A stretch of DNA of 64,000 bases from Euglena gracilis. Taxonomy: Eukaryota. The number at the start of each line of letters is the position of its first letter. The stretch's first letter is position 1. A program made the position numbers and the translations under genes. Shown one piece after another: positions 1-50,954 of this stretch. Location: assembly GCA_039621445.1 (NCBI GenBank), contig CP154954.1, positions 36,503,703-36,567,702 of the forward strand, written 5' to 3'. The notes below the pieces were generated by a model that saw only the letters and a program-made list of their open reading frames with translations, did no database searches and was not told where the DNA came from.

Positions 1-250
1 CTACTTCGGCAGACGGGGGTTTTCCCTCGGTCCGCGGAGGTGCTAAACCGTCATTTTCAAAACGAAAAAAAGTCGATTTGCCCAGGAAAAAACCCCGGGA
101 TCGAAGGTGGTGGTACCCATTTTGGTACTAGTGGTTTCACTTGACGGGTCGGCCGCCCCGTCAAGTGGTGGCGACACACTTGGTCTCAAAAGAATGCGCA
201 GGTGCGCAAAAAACCACCAAAAGTGAAAAGTGCATTCCCGGCCGTCTAAG
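1..250. mobile_element. Right end of a second copy of the CTTAG-family element E1 (truncated by window edge)
   Basis: 1-250 is near-identical to 4292-4541, ends in the same TIR (GAAAAGTGCATTCCCGGCCGTCTAAG) and carries the E1 palindrome at ~192-210. Confidence 0.9.
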
Positions 251-310
251 ACTGAGTCACATTTGGACATTCCCGCCCCCCGCGTCACACATGCCGGCCA
301 CCCCAGGCCG

Positions 311-39527
<39,217 letters not shown>

Positions 39528-40246
39528 TGTTTCCCCCTGAATACGAACCAGACACACCGACCCGTTTGGGTGCCCGTAGAAACAAACCTCATCCAGGGAC
39601 CTGTCCTCGAAAAAAGCACAAAAATGTACAAAAATATTCAAAAAAGTGCAAAAAATGCGCGGAAATGTGCATTTTTTGAAGAAAAAAAAAGTGTGCAAAA
39701 TTTTCAAACCCTGAGAGAAAGGCCCAAAAATCACGAAAATGCAATAATTGCCCCAAAAAAACATGTGAAAAATGGCACCAAATTTGCAAGAATTGTGAGC
39801 GAAATGTCTTCAAAAAATGCAAAAATGGTCAAAAATGCAAAAAAAAAATGGTTGAATCACAAAAAAAAATGCACCAAAAAGCAAAAAAAAACTAAAAAGA
39901 AAAGGAAAAATACACAAAAAATGAAAAAAAAACACCGCAAATGTGCATTATTATGAAAAAAACTCAAAAAAATGCAAACCTAATGCCAAACTTAGGCGGC
40001 GTAAATTGCCCATGGAAAAAATGACTGAAGTGTCACCCGGAACAGCAGAAAAATGCTCTAAAAAACAGCCAAACTTTTCGAGTTGCACATCAAGTCAAAA
40101 AATTTTGATGGTATTGACCACAGAACAGATGAATCGGAAAACCGCTTCGATGATTTATGAATTTTATTTTTAGCAGAAAACTATGGAAATACGAAGCAGC
40201 AAAATGTTGTAGAAAATTTACTATTATGGACAAACAACGAATGATA

Positions 40247-41183
40247 CAGGTTGCCAACACAAAAAAAATAACCCCCCTGACAGCACAAAAAACATACCCC
40301 CCCCCTTTTTTTTCAGTTTTTGTGGCAGCCATAACTTCGGCTGTGCACCATGTTGAGGTCTCGGACATACTCCATATTGTTGCCTGTGAAATACCCATCT
40401 AAAGATGTCTCTGTGCATTTTCCTCGATTCCCCCTCCACCCCGAGTTATGGGCCCCTCAAAAGTGCTCCGCACACGACAAGCGAAAATTTTGAAAACATG
40501 GATTTTGGGCCGGGTTGGAATAATAAACAGCTCACCACTCGGGAACCCTAAGGAGTTGGGCTCTGGAACTTGGTGGGTCGGATTGGCCATGAAATAGGCT
40601 TCAAAAAATATCTACATCAAAATTTGCCATCTCGACACCCAGAAAAAGTTATTTTATGGTTTTTGGGGCCAGCTGCAAAAAAATTTAGCCCTTTTGGTGT
40701 GGAAAAACCTAAAAAATGTGTGTTTCCCACACAAAAAGGGCTAAATTTTTTTGGAGCTGGCCCCAAAAACCATAAAATAACTTTTTCTGGGTGTCGAGAT
40801 GGCAAATTTTGATGTAGATATTTTTTGAAGCCTATTTCATGGCCAATCCGACCCACCAAGTTCCAGAGCCCAACTCCTTAGGGTTCCCGAGTGGTGAGCT
40901 GTTTATTATTCCAACCCGGCCCAAAATCCATGTTTTCAAAATTTTCGCTTGTCGTGTGCGGAGCACTTTTGAGGGGCCCATAACTCGGGGTGGAGGGGGA
41001 ATCGAGGAAAATGCACAGAGACATCTTTAGATGGGTATTTCACAGGCAACAATATGGAGTATGTCCGAGACCTCAACATGGTGCACAGCCGAAGTTATGG
41101 CTGCCACAAAAACTGAAAAAAAAATGGGGGGGGTATGTTTTTTGTGCTGTCAGGGGGGGTATGTTTTTTGTGTTGGCAACCTG
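40247..41183. mobile_element. 937-bp foldback element (near-perfect palindrome), TA-flanked
   Basis: TA|CAGGTTGCCAACAC ... GTGTTGGCAACCTG|TA; ~450-bp arms centred at ~40714; mirror-image ORFs 40399-40590(-) and 40839-41030(+) are identical. Confidence 0.93.
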
Positions 41184-41262
41184 TAACATCTGTCTGGCAC
41201 ACAGACAGATACATAATGTGAGCATATATATAGCAAATACCTGTGTACACCTAACGCAAAAA

Positions 41263-41678
41263 TAAACCCCCCCCCAAATATAAATCCCCCCCGGTTTTAT
41301 AATTGGGCGGAAATTTCAAGACCCCGAGGGGGGGTTTTATATTTGGGGGGGTTTTATATTCGGTCGGAAAAATCAACTTCCCGGTGGGCTCCAGTAGACA
41401 CTTTTTTGGTCCAAAATAACAAATACGCCCACCCTTGGGGGTCCAAAAACTTCATTTTTCGGGCGAAGGAGCAATTTTCACATGTTTTTGGTAAAAATTG
41501 TTCCCAGATCGGCCAAAATGACAATTTTGGGAGATATTTTGTCGGAAATTTTTCCTTCCGGCGCTTTGCGCCGGAGGGGGGGGGGTTATATTTGGGCGGG
41601 ATTTCAAGGTCCTCAGGGGGGGGGGTTTATATTTGGGGGGGGGTTGTATTTGGGGGGGTTATATTTGGGGGGGGGTTA
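41263..41678. mobile_element. MITE with AACCCCCCCCAAATATAA ends
   Basis: Inverted termini; repeated TTATATTTGGGGGG. Confidence 0.65.
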
Positions 41679-42825
41679 TAACAACAAAAATAAATTAAAA
41701 TACCCAATGAAGCGGAATACCACTTCATCGATACCCATAATCGTGATATTACATGAAGTGCAACTGAATCAGAACTAACAGGAATACAATTACATTTATG
41801 CTTTACAGGATAAAAAGGAGGAGAGACCACGTTCTGTCTTCGTGATTCACTCTACCTGACACGGACGTTGGCCATCGTCGGAGTCGGTTGTTTCTGTGGG
41901 CTGCTCTCATCTTTGCTGTTTTTTTCTTATATTTTTTTGCAATACCCCCCCTGCGCAAAGGTCGAGTGTAAAGCGTCTTCGTCCCTTGCCTGTGCCATTG
42001 CATGTTCCTTCTGGTTTGTTAATGCCCAGGCACCCGGCAGCCCCGTGGCTCCCCGCCTTGCACTGCTGGAGACAGAATGGTTCTAGGTCTAGACTGAATG
42101 TAGAACTAACATTTGAGGTTCGTGGTGTACTTGGCAGTTGGGCGGTTGCGTAGTGCGCGGGACAAATGCGTAGGTCCATGAAAAGTAGGTAATGAAGACA
42201 AAGCAAGCGGTTTTCCGCTTGCTTTGCAAGTATTTGACAAAACTTCATAAAAAGGGGAGAGGCTGGATCGGGTCCAATTCACTTCTCCGTACCCCTGAAC
42301 GGTGCCCAGCCGTCAGGGGTTTGGTTACGGCTTTTGCTGGACCGGGCTGGCGATCGCACAGTCCAGGCTCCCCATTCATCTCGGTACATAAACGTTACGT
42401 AGTGTACGATGAACCTTGTATTATGCACTTTGTGGTTCAGTCAAACGTTAAACGGTTAACAACATCACGTATCGAATTCCAATGCCGACAAAGCCAGACA
42501 GAATACAACGGCAGAATGAACAGGAGGCGGTTCCGCTTCCTTTTAATAAGGTGTCCAATATGCTTACTGTCACTCGCGAGCTGGATAACTGTTTACTGGT
42601 TGCATGTACCGTGAACAGAGCAACAATCGTAATGTTAGCATCTAAATGGAAGAATGCGGACACAGTGGTGGACCGAAGCCAAGATTGGTCCACCGCAACT
42701 TGTCGTGCACGTATCTCATCCTTTGGCACGACACTTGCGCTGAGTTCATCGAGTCCATGAGAAATCCTCTGCAAACATGACCTTGGCGGAGCTTTTACAC
42801 CCAAAGTTATGACGGAAGACAGTTT

Positions 42826-45492
42826 CTTAGGCGACCAACTCGCACTTAGCTTTGAAAGTGACTGTAAATTTGCGCCGACGCGCAAATCCAAAAAAAAGTT
42901 TGGTTTTCGAACACCGTGGCCTGAAACTGTCCTGCAGGACAGTCTGAAAATAGTGTCTCCCTGCACCCCAGGGCCTGGGGACGACAGCAACGACCTGGAA
43001 CTTCACGGTCTACGGGCACAGCACTCCCGAGTCCCAGTGTGCATGAACACACAGCGGCGGGCGATGAAACGAGGGGACTCCATTGCGCATTTGCGCTTTG
43101 GCACAAATTTTTTATTTCATTACAAAAAAACATTTGCGCTTTGGCGCAAATTTTTTGACTTTTTTGTAATTCAACATGTGGGTGACCATTGCCGCACTTG
43201 GGTAATGATAACAACTTTGTGTCAACATGTGTTTCCCTTGCGCCAAAGCGCAATGGGCAGGCTCATGAAATATGGGAATTTAAGAGTTACCTTGCGCCAA
43301 AGCGCAAATAGAAATACAATTTTTAAAATTGCAAAAGCAACATGGCTTGTGCCGAAGCGCAAACATAAATACTTGAAACTTATCTCACAACGGAGGGAGA
43401 GAACAGCCCAGGTAGAGTGTGAACACCAGAGGTGATAGAGCACAAAAATGAAGGACAGGGGGATGGAAGCCTACTCTCAGTCTCGTTGCCTTAAAATTGG
43501 TCAACATTGCGCGTCGGCGCAAGAGCCACGTTGCTTTGCGATTTTAAAAAGTGCATTTCTATTTCTATATAACTCTTAAATTTCTATTCTTCATAAGCCT
43601 ATCCATTGCCTGTGGAGCAAAAGCCATCAATTTTTAATTTCTCATGTTTATCACTGCGGGTGGAGAGAGCAGTCTTGGATCAATCTTATCACCAGAGCGA
43701 ACAGGGCTAAGGTGGAGGGAAGCCTTGCCTGGGACAGGAAGCCAACCCCCTGGTGTGTGAAAGCAACCACCAACTACTTGATATCCAGACGTGTCTTGTC
43801 CTGTGCGTTGTGAGCCCAACTGCCAGTGCCAGAGGTTCCTCCCACTTGCCTCGCACTTAAGCGTGCCTGAGGGGCCCTTCTTTTTGGCCGACTTTTGAAA
43901 ATCGGAAAATTTCTGTTTGGAAAAGAACAGGTACCCGATAAACCCTGGGAATCACAGCCGAGGAAACAGTTTTGGACGCTGAAAAAGTGTTTTAAAGAAG
44001 CTCGTCACCTCCTTTCCTCACCCAGGATTTGAAGCACACAACTTTGGGGATGAGCGAATGGAATTGAGAAATTGAAAGGGCCCATCAACAAAGGCGGAGA
44101 AGGGAAGACATGTTGACACACCTTTTTCGGTAATTTGCAACCCACCAGACAGCCACATGCCACCAGGCAGATGGAGGGCATTGTTCAGCCGAAAAAATCT
44201 TTCTATCAACATCCCCAAAAACCCCACTTTGTGCACTGAGTGCAAGGTCACTCAGGCTCCACAGCCTACCACCCACAATTCGTCTTATTGGAACAACCAC
44301 TCCCTCCCCAGCACCTGAATAGTTCAAAAGCACCAACCCAGCTTCTGGCACAGCAGTGCTCAAACCCTCCTCGTCATTCTCCTCTATCGCCCACCTTCTC
44401 ACACAGCACGAACGCATTCAAACGCATCTGCCATTTGAAAAGACATTTGTGTTTAAGCGCAAATTTTAAGCGCAAATTTTTAACTTGCGCTTAAGCGCAA
44501 ATAAAAAAATTTCCGCTTAAGCGCAAGTTAAAACAGAAGGCCCTCCGTTTATGGGAGCCCCTCTGATGTGTTACGGTGTGTTGGGGGCCCCTCTCTGAAT
44601 GGCCAGTGTGCGGGCTTGGTGAGGAAATGCATTGCGCCGAAGCGCAAACCATCATACAAAAAAAATGAGAAGTGCAAACACGCGGCTGACGTGTAATCTG
44701 AATGAACAAGCAGTGCACTATGTAGGCATGTCCCTTGCGCTTCGGCGCAATGCATTTCCTCACCAAGCCCGCACACTGGCCATTCAGGGAGGGGCCCCCG
44801 ACACACCGTAACACATCAGAGGGACTCCCATAAGCTCAGGGGCTTCTGTTTTAACTTTCGCTTAAACGCAAATTTTTTAATTTGCGCTTAAGCGCAAGTT
44901 AAAAATTTGCGCTGAAGCGCAAATGTCCATAACCATTGCCTTCTGTGCCCGGCAGTGTGGGGCCTGGGTTGCTCACTAGACGTTGGGACAGGTCCCTGGG
45001 CTTGCCCTCAGCACCCCTAAACCCCCCCCACCTGGGTGGTACCCGCTGTACCGCTCCTCACGCTTCAAGCACCCAGGGATCACAACTCTGTGACATGCCG
45101 TTTTTTTCAAACTTTTCACAACGCGTGTGTAGAGTCCACCCTCTGGATGCCTCAACAGGCAACCCTTCAGGCACACATCGCAGAGCCCAAAAAAAGCAAC
45201 AAAAAGGGCCACGTTACTCCCTGACTGTGTAGCACCATCCCGGGAACACTGTCAAAGCTTCCAAAACGAGGGACTCACAACGGGGGTTTTAACCCAGGGT
45301 TTTGCACCTTTTTCAAAATGGTGCACAGGCTGAAAAACACCAAAATTGGGCCTGTTCTTCAGGTCCCAACATCGGAAAATGATGCAAACGCCACCGTGGA
45401 GGGTTCTACCGCCAGGTCTCAAAGAAATCGAAAATTTGCGCGAAAGCGCAAGCTAAAAATCAAAACCTTAAGTGCGAGTTAGGCCGCCTAAG
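42826..45492. mobile_element. CTTAG-family element E3 nested in E2
   Basis: TIR CTTAGGCGACC-AACTCGCACTTA / TAAGTGCGAGTTAGGCCGCCTAAG; 5-bp TSD AGTTT (42821-42825, 45493-45497); at least 12 copies of TTGCGC-N4-GCGCAA. Confidence 0.9.
44442..44927. repeat. Internal ~200-bp inverted repeat of E3 with ~87-nt spacer
   Basis: 44442-44647 is the imperfect reverse complement of 44735-44927; both arms begin and end in TTGCGC-N4-GCGCAA sites. Confidence 0.9.
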
Positions 45493-46603
45493 AGTTTTAT
45501 ATTTCACACTAAATAAAATGAAGCGGAAAACCGCTTCACCTACGACTTGAATCGCGATGATGTTTGTTCATACCGAGTGATGTGACCACAAAATACTACA
45601 CAATCCGAACCACACGCATTTAGGTGGTTTAACTGAACGTCCTCTGTGGGCTGCCGCTGGCTAAGGCCAGCAAAAGCCGTAAATGGCGGGGACTGCCCAC
45701 CCCCTCCACATGCGGCCGGTGGTTCCCTACCGGTGTCAGCCCACTTTTTGCTTTTACGAGAGGGAGCGGGATTCCGCTTCATACGAAGCCGCACGTGTGG
45801 GTAGCGATTGTAATCACGCAGGCAGTCGGGTTCATCAGTGTGCATTGTACGCAGTTTGTTGGTCGATGTTTGCTTTCTGGTATACTGCTAAGTCACATTT
45901 GTATGCACAGCTAAAGGCAGATGGGAGGACAGTGTATATACCGAGATCAGGATACTCCATATGCCTGTGATGCTGATCACTTGGTTAGTCAGCAGGGCAG
46001 GGACTGTAATCACGGCAGGCAGTCAAGCAACTGTGAGTGGTGACAGTGATCACCCACGCGGTTGTACCAAAAAATAACACACATTAAATTCAAAATGACA
46101 TCACGAGTGAAGCGTTTTTCCGCTGACAATAAAAAACTATGAAAAAAATCCCAAAGTCCAGCCCTACGCTTTTGTATTGCGAAGGTTCTAACCGCAATAA
46201 ACTGGCAGTTGTGCCACCAACCACATCAATTCACTATAAATTCCCAGGTACTCATGTTTTGGGAAGGATTTCACCTGACATAGCGCTCCAGATGCGCCCA
46301 TTTTGAGAGACCAACGTCCTGTTGCACCCCCCCCCCGTTTCAAAATCCAAATACCCTTGCCAAACAGCACCAAAAATCAGCAATACCCACTGTATGAAGC
46401 GTAAAACTGCTTCATATATGAAACTATAAGCAATTTACTAACGCGTTCTTAGTTTTTAACGGAAAAAAAAAAAAACCCCCCCCCACCCCTTTTTCCCCCC
46501 CCCCCTGTTTTTTTTTTTGTTTCAAGAGATTACCAAGAGGAAGCGGTTATCAGCTTCCTTTTGTCACAATATATACGTATCTGGTCATTGGAACAGAAAA
46601 CAC

Positions 46604-49600
46604 ATGCCTGCTGTTGCATCGCCCGTGGAATTGGTCCTGAACATTCGGGGCCTTCGCGCCTATTTGCAACGTGGTGGGCCTCGTTCGGGATGGGACCTCT
46701 TTCACAATGCCTTCGTAGCTCGTGAGGTAGGTGCCCAAGCAATTGTGGCACTGTGCTGCATGGTGCGGCTGAATCGGCATTCGCGTCGCACAGTGGAAGC
46801 GGTGCGGGAGGCCTACCTGCGGCAGAGGGGGGGGGGGCAAAAACTGCACACGGGCAGGTCAAAAACCGCACTGCAAAAAAACTGCAAAAAAACTGCAAAA
46901 AACTGCACATCAACAAAAAAATAACAATAAACAAGCTGAAATGGTGTGCATATGCAAAACAACGTAAATTGTGACCACATGAGCACGCCCTAATTCACTT
47001 AACTTTTGCACAGCTTTGGAGCTGATGACAATAAAAATGAAAGCAATCAATCAAGGTACACTGTACATGGGTTTTCATGCACTGAAACACAAGTCATGTG
47101 TTTGGTTTGGATGCTGGTTCACACTGGTTTTCCTGCACCAAAGCTTGTGACGGCCATGCCCACGGAGCCAAACAGCTAAATATGGAAAAAATGCACATAC
47201 CCATATGCAGAAAGGTTCTATGCTTTTAATTCTCGCATGGGATGTTCAGTTTTGGAACTTTCGGTCCATCACCTGGTGAACTTCACCCATGTCACGATGC
47301 AAAAAAATCTACAAAACTAAAAAAAATACAACAACCATCACAAACTTTGAATACTGTCTTTAGGGGATTGCCAAATGGTCTGGGAATTTCTTGCAAATAA
47401 GAATGACTTCTTTGAAGCATTTGGCTTGTGTGATATTTGGCCAAAATGCTTGGGACAAGGCCCAATCTTCTACAGGAGCTCGTGCTCCTTTGCGTCTCCA
47501 CGAATCTCGCAAACTCCAACTTCAACCAAAATTTGCACAAAAAAACAGTTTTTTGGATTTAGTCCCCAAATCCCAAAATAATAAGTTGAATCTGCTCAGG
47601 AGTGCGCAAATGACGATTGCCAATATAAGCATCGTGACATCTGTCACCACATGCACAAGTTGGAGATGGAGCGATTTTGGTTGGGGAGAAATTGTGGCGT
47701 TGTCACCGAAACAATCTGTTTTTTGGAATGGTGGCTATAACAATTTATGTTGTGTCGAGAGGCAAGGCAGTTGGCAAACAGTTGGGGGCAAGACAACTGG
47801 TGGGATTACTGTAGACAACACAACTCATGAAGATATTTTTTGAGATATACTTTTTCTTGAGAAACACCCTTCAAACAATATAACCCAGCGTAACAAGGCG
47901 CAGAGCACCAAAAAATGAGCACCTCAGGTTTCCTCAAAACTGAAATCAAAAAAAAACTGCAAAAAACTGCACGTGTGCAGTTTTTTCAGGAAAAAAGCTG
48001 CAAAAAACTGCAAAAAACTGCAAAAAATGCAAAAAACCCAAAATGTGAAAACTGCAAAAAAAACTGCAAAAACTGCACGGTGCATATTTTGCCCCTCCCT
48101 GCCTGCGGTCTTCCTTCCACTGTCCACGGTGGCTGGGACAACTCGCCACTGGGGCTTATGCTGTGTGGCGTACGCTGCATCGACAGGCGCAGCCCTTCAC
48201 AGACCCCAGTGCAGTGGCCGAGAACACTCCCAGCATGCGGGCGCTGCAGCAGCTTCCGAGGGCTACACGGAGAACGCTGCGGCACACTGGCATGGTGGGT
48301 CGTACAGAGGTGCCGGTGGCAGCACGGGCAGCCGTGGCGGCGCGGGACATCCTGGCCTCCCTGCGGAACCACCAAATTGTCCTCTGGCTGGACAAATTCT
48401 GCTGGCTACGCTGGGGAACAGACCCGGCCACGCCGAACCTGAGCCAGAACCTCACAGCTTTTGGAACAGTGCAGGATACAAATCACACTGAAGAGTGCAT
48501 TGAAAACATTCCTATACGTGAATGATACACTGGTTAGATCCCGAGACAGCTAATAAATGGACTGCTTTCAGCAAATGCTGATGAAGCGGATAACCGCTTA
48601 CTCTTGCAAGAAATTGATTTTGATTGATCATCTCTGTTTCAATTGCAAGAGCTAAATCATTCCAAAGGGTCATAACATGCATAGTTTGCACTGATGACGC
48701 TTTCTACAGCTGGAGAACCTATTACACCGACCGGGAACGAGAACATGCTCTGTGACCTTCCCGGTGTCTCCAGGACATCCAGCACTGTGCGACCTGATTG
48801 GCAACCTGGAGGTGGTGGCGGCCTCCTGTTGTATGGGTTCGCTGCTGCTGCACCAAGCCGTGGGTCGCATACGACGGATGCAGCTGACGGAGACGACCAT
48901 CAGGGTGCCGCTGGATGTGGCGCGGACCGACATGCGGTCCCTGTAGTGGCGTCCGCTGTCGCTGACCGAGCAGGTGGTGTCAGCCAACCTCGACCTGCTG
49001 CTGGTGCTGTAGACGGCCAAGTCCCTGCAGCATCTGACTCGTCGCCAAAACACCTCTCTTGGTGGATGAGAACATCCACTACCGGTGTCTGCGGCTGCTG
49101 TACTCCGCGTCGGCGTCGCGGTACTACATGTCCCGCTACCTGGCCGAGGTCCCCCTGCTGTACGGCATCTGGCACGCGTACAAACACACGGTGACCATCG
49201 TGTACCGGGCGTTCTTCCCGGTGCTGGCCCACCTGGAGGTGTCCCCCAGTGACCACCACCTGACGTGCAGCCTGCGGAGCCACTGAAAGGTGCTGTACAC
49301 GGAGAAGCTGTTTGCCACCCTTCTGTTGTCCCGCGAGTCGGTCATGTCCCATGTCCCACTCTGACTCGCATATAATGCCAGTGAAGCGGTTTTCCGCTTG
49401 ATTGGCCCCATGAATGCAATTTAAGGATGTGTGCTGACATGCTATCTGTGATTCAGTAGTCAATTGACGACCAGAATGGAGGACTGGACCCTCTCTGGTG
49501 ATCAACAACAACAACTCCGGTCGCACCCATACCAGCTGCTGCAGGGGCTGTGGAACATCCTGGTGTCCTATGCCCCGGCCTTGCTGCACCTGGGACATGA

Positions 49601-50597
49601 GGTCCGAAAGTGTACCTGGAGGAGGAGACCTGAGGACAAGGTGAAAAGCACCACCGCTTGGCAGGTGCTGCAGAAGTGCCTGTTGCTGCTGATGCACCTG
49701 GAGAGCCTGATGAGTCCCGGAAGGCTGCCTTCGGAGTACCAGCGGTCCATCTCCCTGGCTCTGCCGGGGTGGCAGGACTGGATGTCACGGTTGCCCGGCT
49801 GCGTGTTCGTGGAGGAGGCTGGTGAGGCCATGCTGTCGAGGCTGTCCTCTGCCTGCAAGCGAAACCCCCACGTGACCAGCTTCGAGGGTACGCTGCAGCT
49901 GTTCCTGAACCTCGGCGCCCCCTCCGGTGAGGCTCACCACAGCCGTGGCAGCCTGCGGAAACAGCTGGTGCAGGAGATGGGACGTCGTGTGCGCGTCCTG
50001 GTGGGAAGCCCTGCCGACCGTCCATTTCCCAAGAGGGTGGACAACACAACCGTGCGGTGGCTGGTGGACCCGGAGACCTACCCCACCTGGATGGCGCCAG
50101 ACCCCACCGCTGAGCAGCTGCTGCCTGTCCTCCGACACTCCCTGCAGACGCTGGTCAGAGGACAGCGCCTCGCGGAAGACGTGGTAGAGTGGCTCAGGAG
50201 CAACGTGAGCTGTGTGGATTCGGATCTTCTGCATGAAAGAGAAGAGGCCATGTCCCCGTTCTTGGCACGCAGAAGAAGCAGAGCTGACACAGCTGAACAT
50301 CCTCCTCGGCATCCAGATGAAGCGGAAAACCGCTTCCACGACACCGATGAAGCGGAGAACCGCTTCGACGATAACACAGCTGAGATGGAGGTGGCAGGGG
50401 CCTCGGTCGGGGTGGGTGGCATGGAGGAAGGTAGCAGCTTGTACGAGCCACCGGAGTCCCTCTACGCGCCGCCCGGTGACTTATCGGACGGCTACGTGTC
50501 CGTGGGGGCCTCCGATGGATTGGACTGGCTGGCATCACTGCAAAGCAGTGATATTTCCAACGCTTCGTCGGATGTCTCCGTGGCAGTGGTGTGTTAA
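46604..50597 (+). pseudogene. Decayed DDE (RNase H-fold) transposase-like gene with spliceosomal introns
   Basis: Segments 46604-46822 + 48109-~48468 (in frame once the 46823-48101 insertion and one TSD are removed), 48710-49340, and ~49470-50597. Motifs IVLWLDKF (D ~48391), WRPLSL, LVDENIHYR, PLLYGIWHAYK, FVEEAGEAMLSRL. Lesions: TAG 48944, TAG 49010, frameshift ~49050, TGA 49284. The family assignment comes from motif resemblance only. Confidence 0.65.
46823..48101. mobile_element. TIR element with 7-bp TSD inserted in the transposase exon
   Basis: CAGAGGG...GGCAAAAACTGCAC / GTGCATATTTTGCCCCTCCCTG; TSD CCTGCGG (46816-46822, 48102-48108); (ACTGCAAAAAA)n subterminal repeats; same design as 25380-25891. 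Confidence 0.88.
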
Positions 50598-50954
50598 TCC
50601 CTTCTGATTGCTCTGCGTCGGGAATATCAGTTGTATTACAGTATTTGGGACACGTTGGGTTCACATGCTGGTGAACTACCACCTAATACATAGGCAAATA
50701 GCAGCATCCCGGACAAAGACTCAAACAGATAGCAAGAAAACGGCTGCTTTTTTAAAGATGGTGCTGTTTGGTTCGGGTGGAGAGCGAAAAGCAGGGACTG
50801 TTTTGCAAACAGAAAGCAAAATTAAAATAAATGCACAATTTCAGTTTGTTCTACATCTTCTTTTTGGAAATAAATGATGCAAATCTATTCATTTCAGCCT
50901 CATTTTCCACAGATTGGAGGATTGTGTACATATTTTTCCATTGTTTCCCCACAG

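Noticed and set aside
40399-41030. Pairs of identical ORFs on opposite strands
   Set aside because: They are a by-product of the foldback palindrome, with no coding signature.
47391-47843. 150-aa ORF inside the 7-bp-TSD element as a transposase
   Set aside because: No recognisable motifs; AT-rich and possibly only a remnant.
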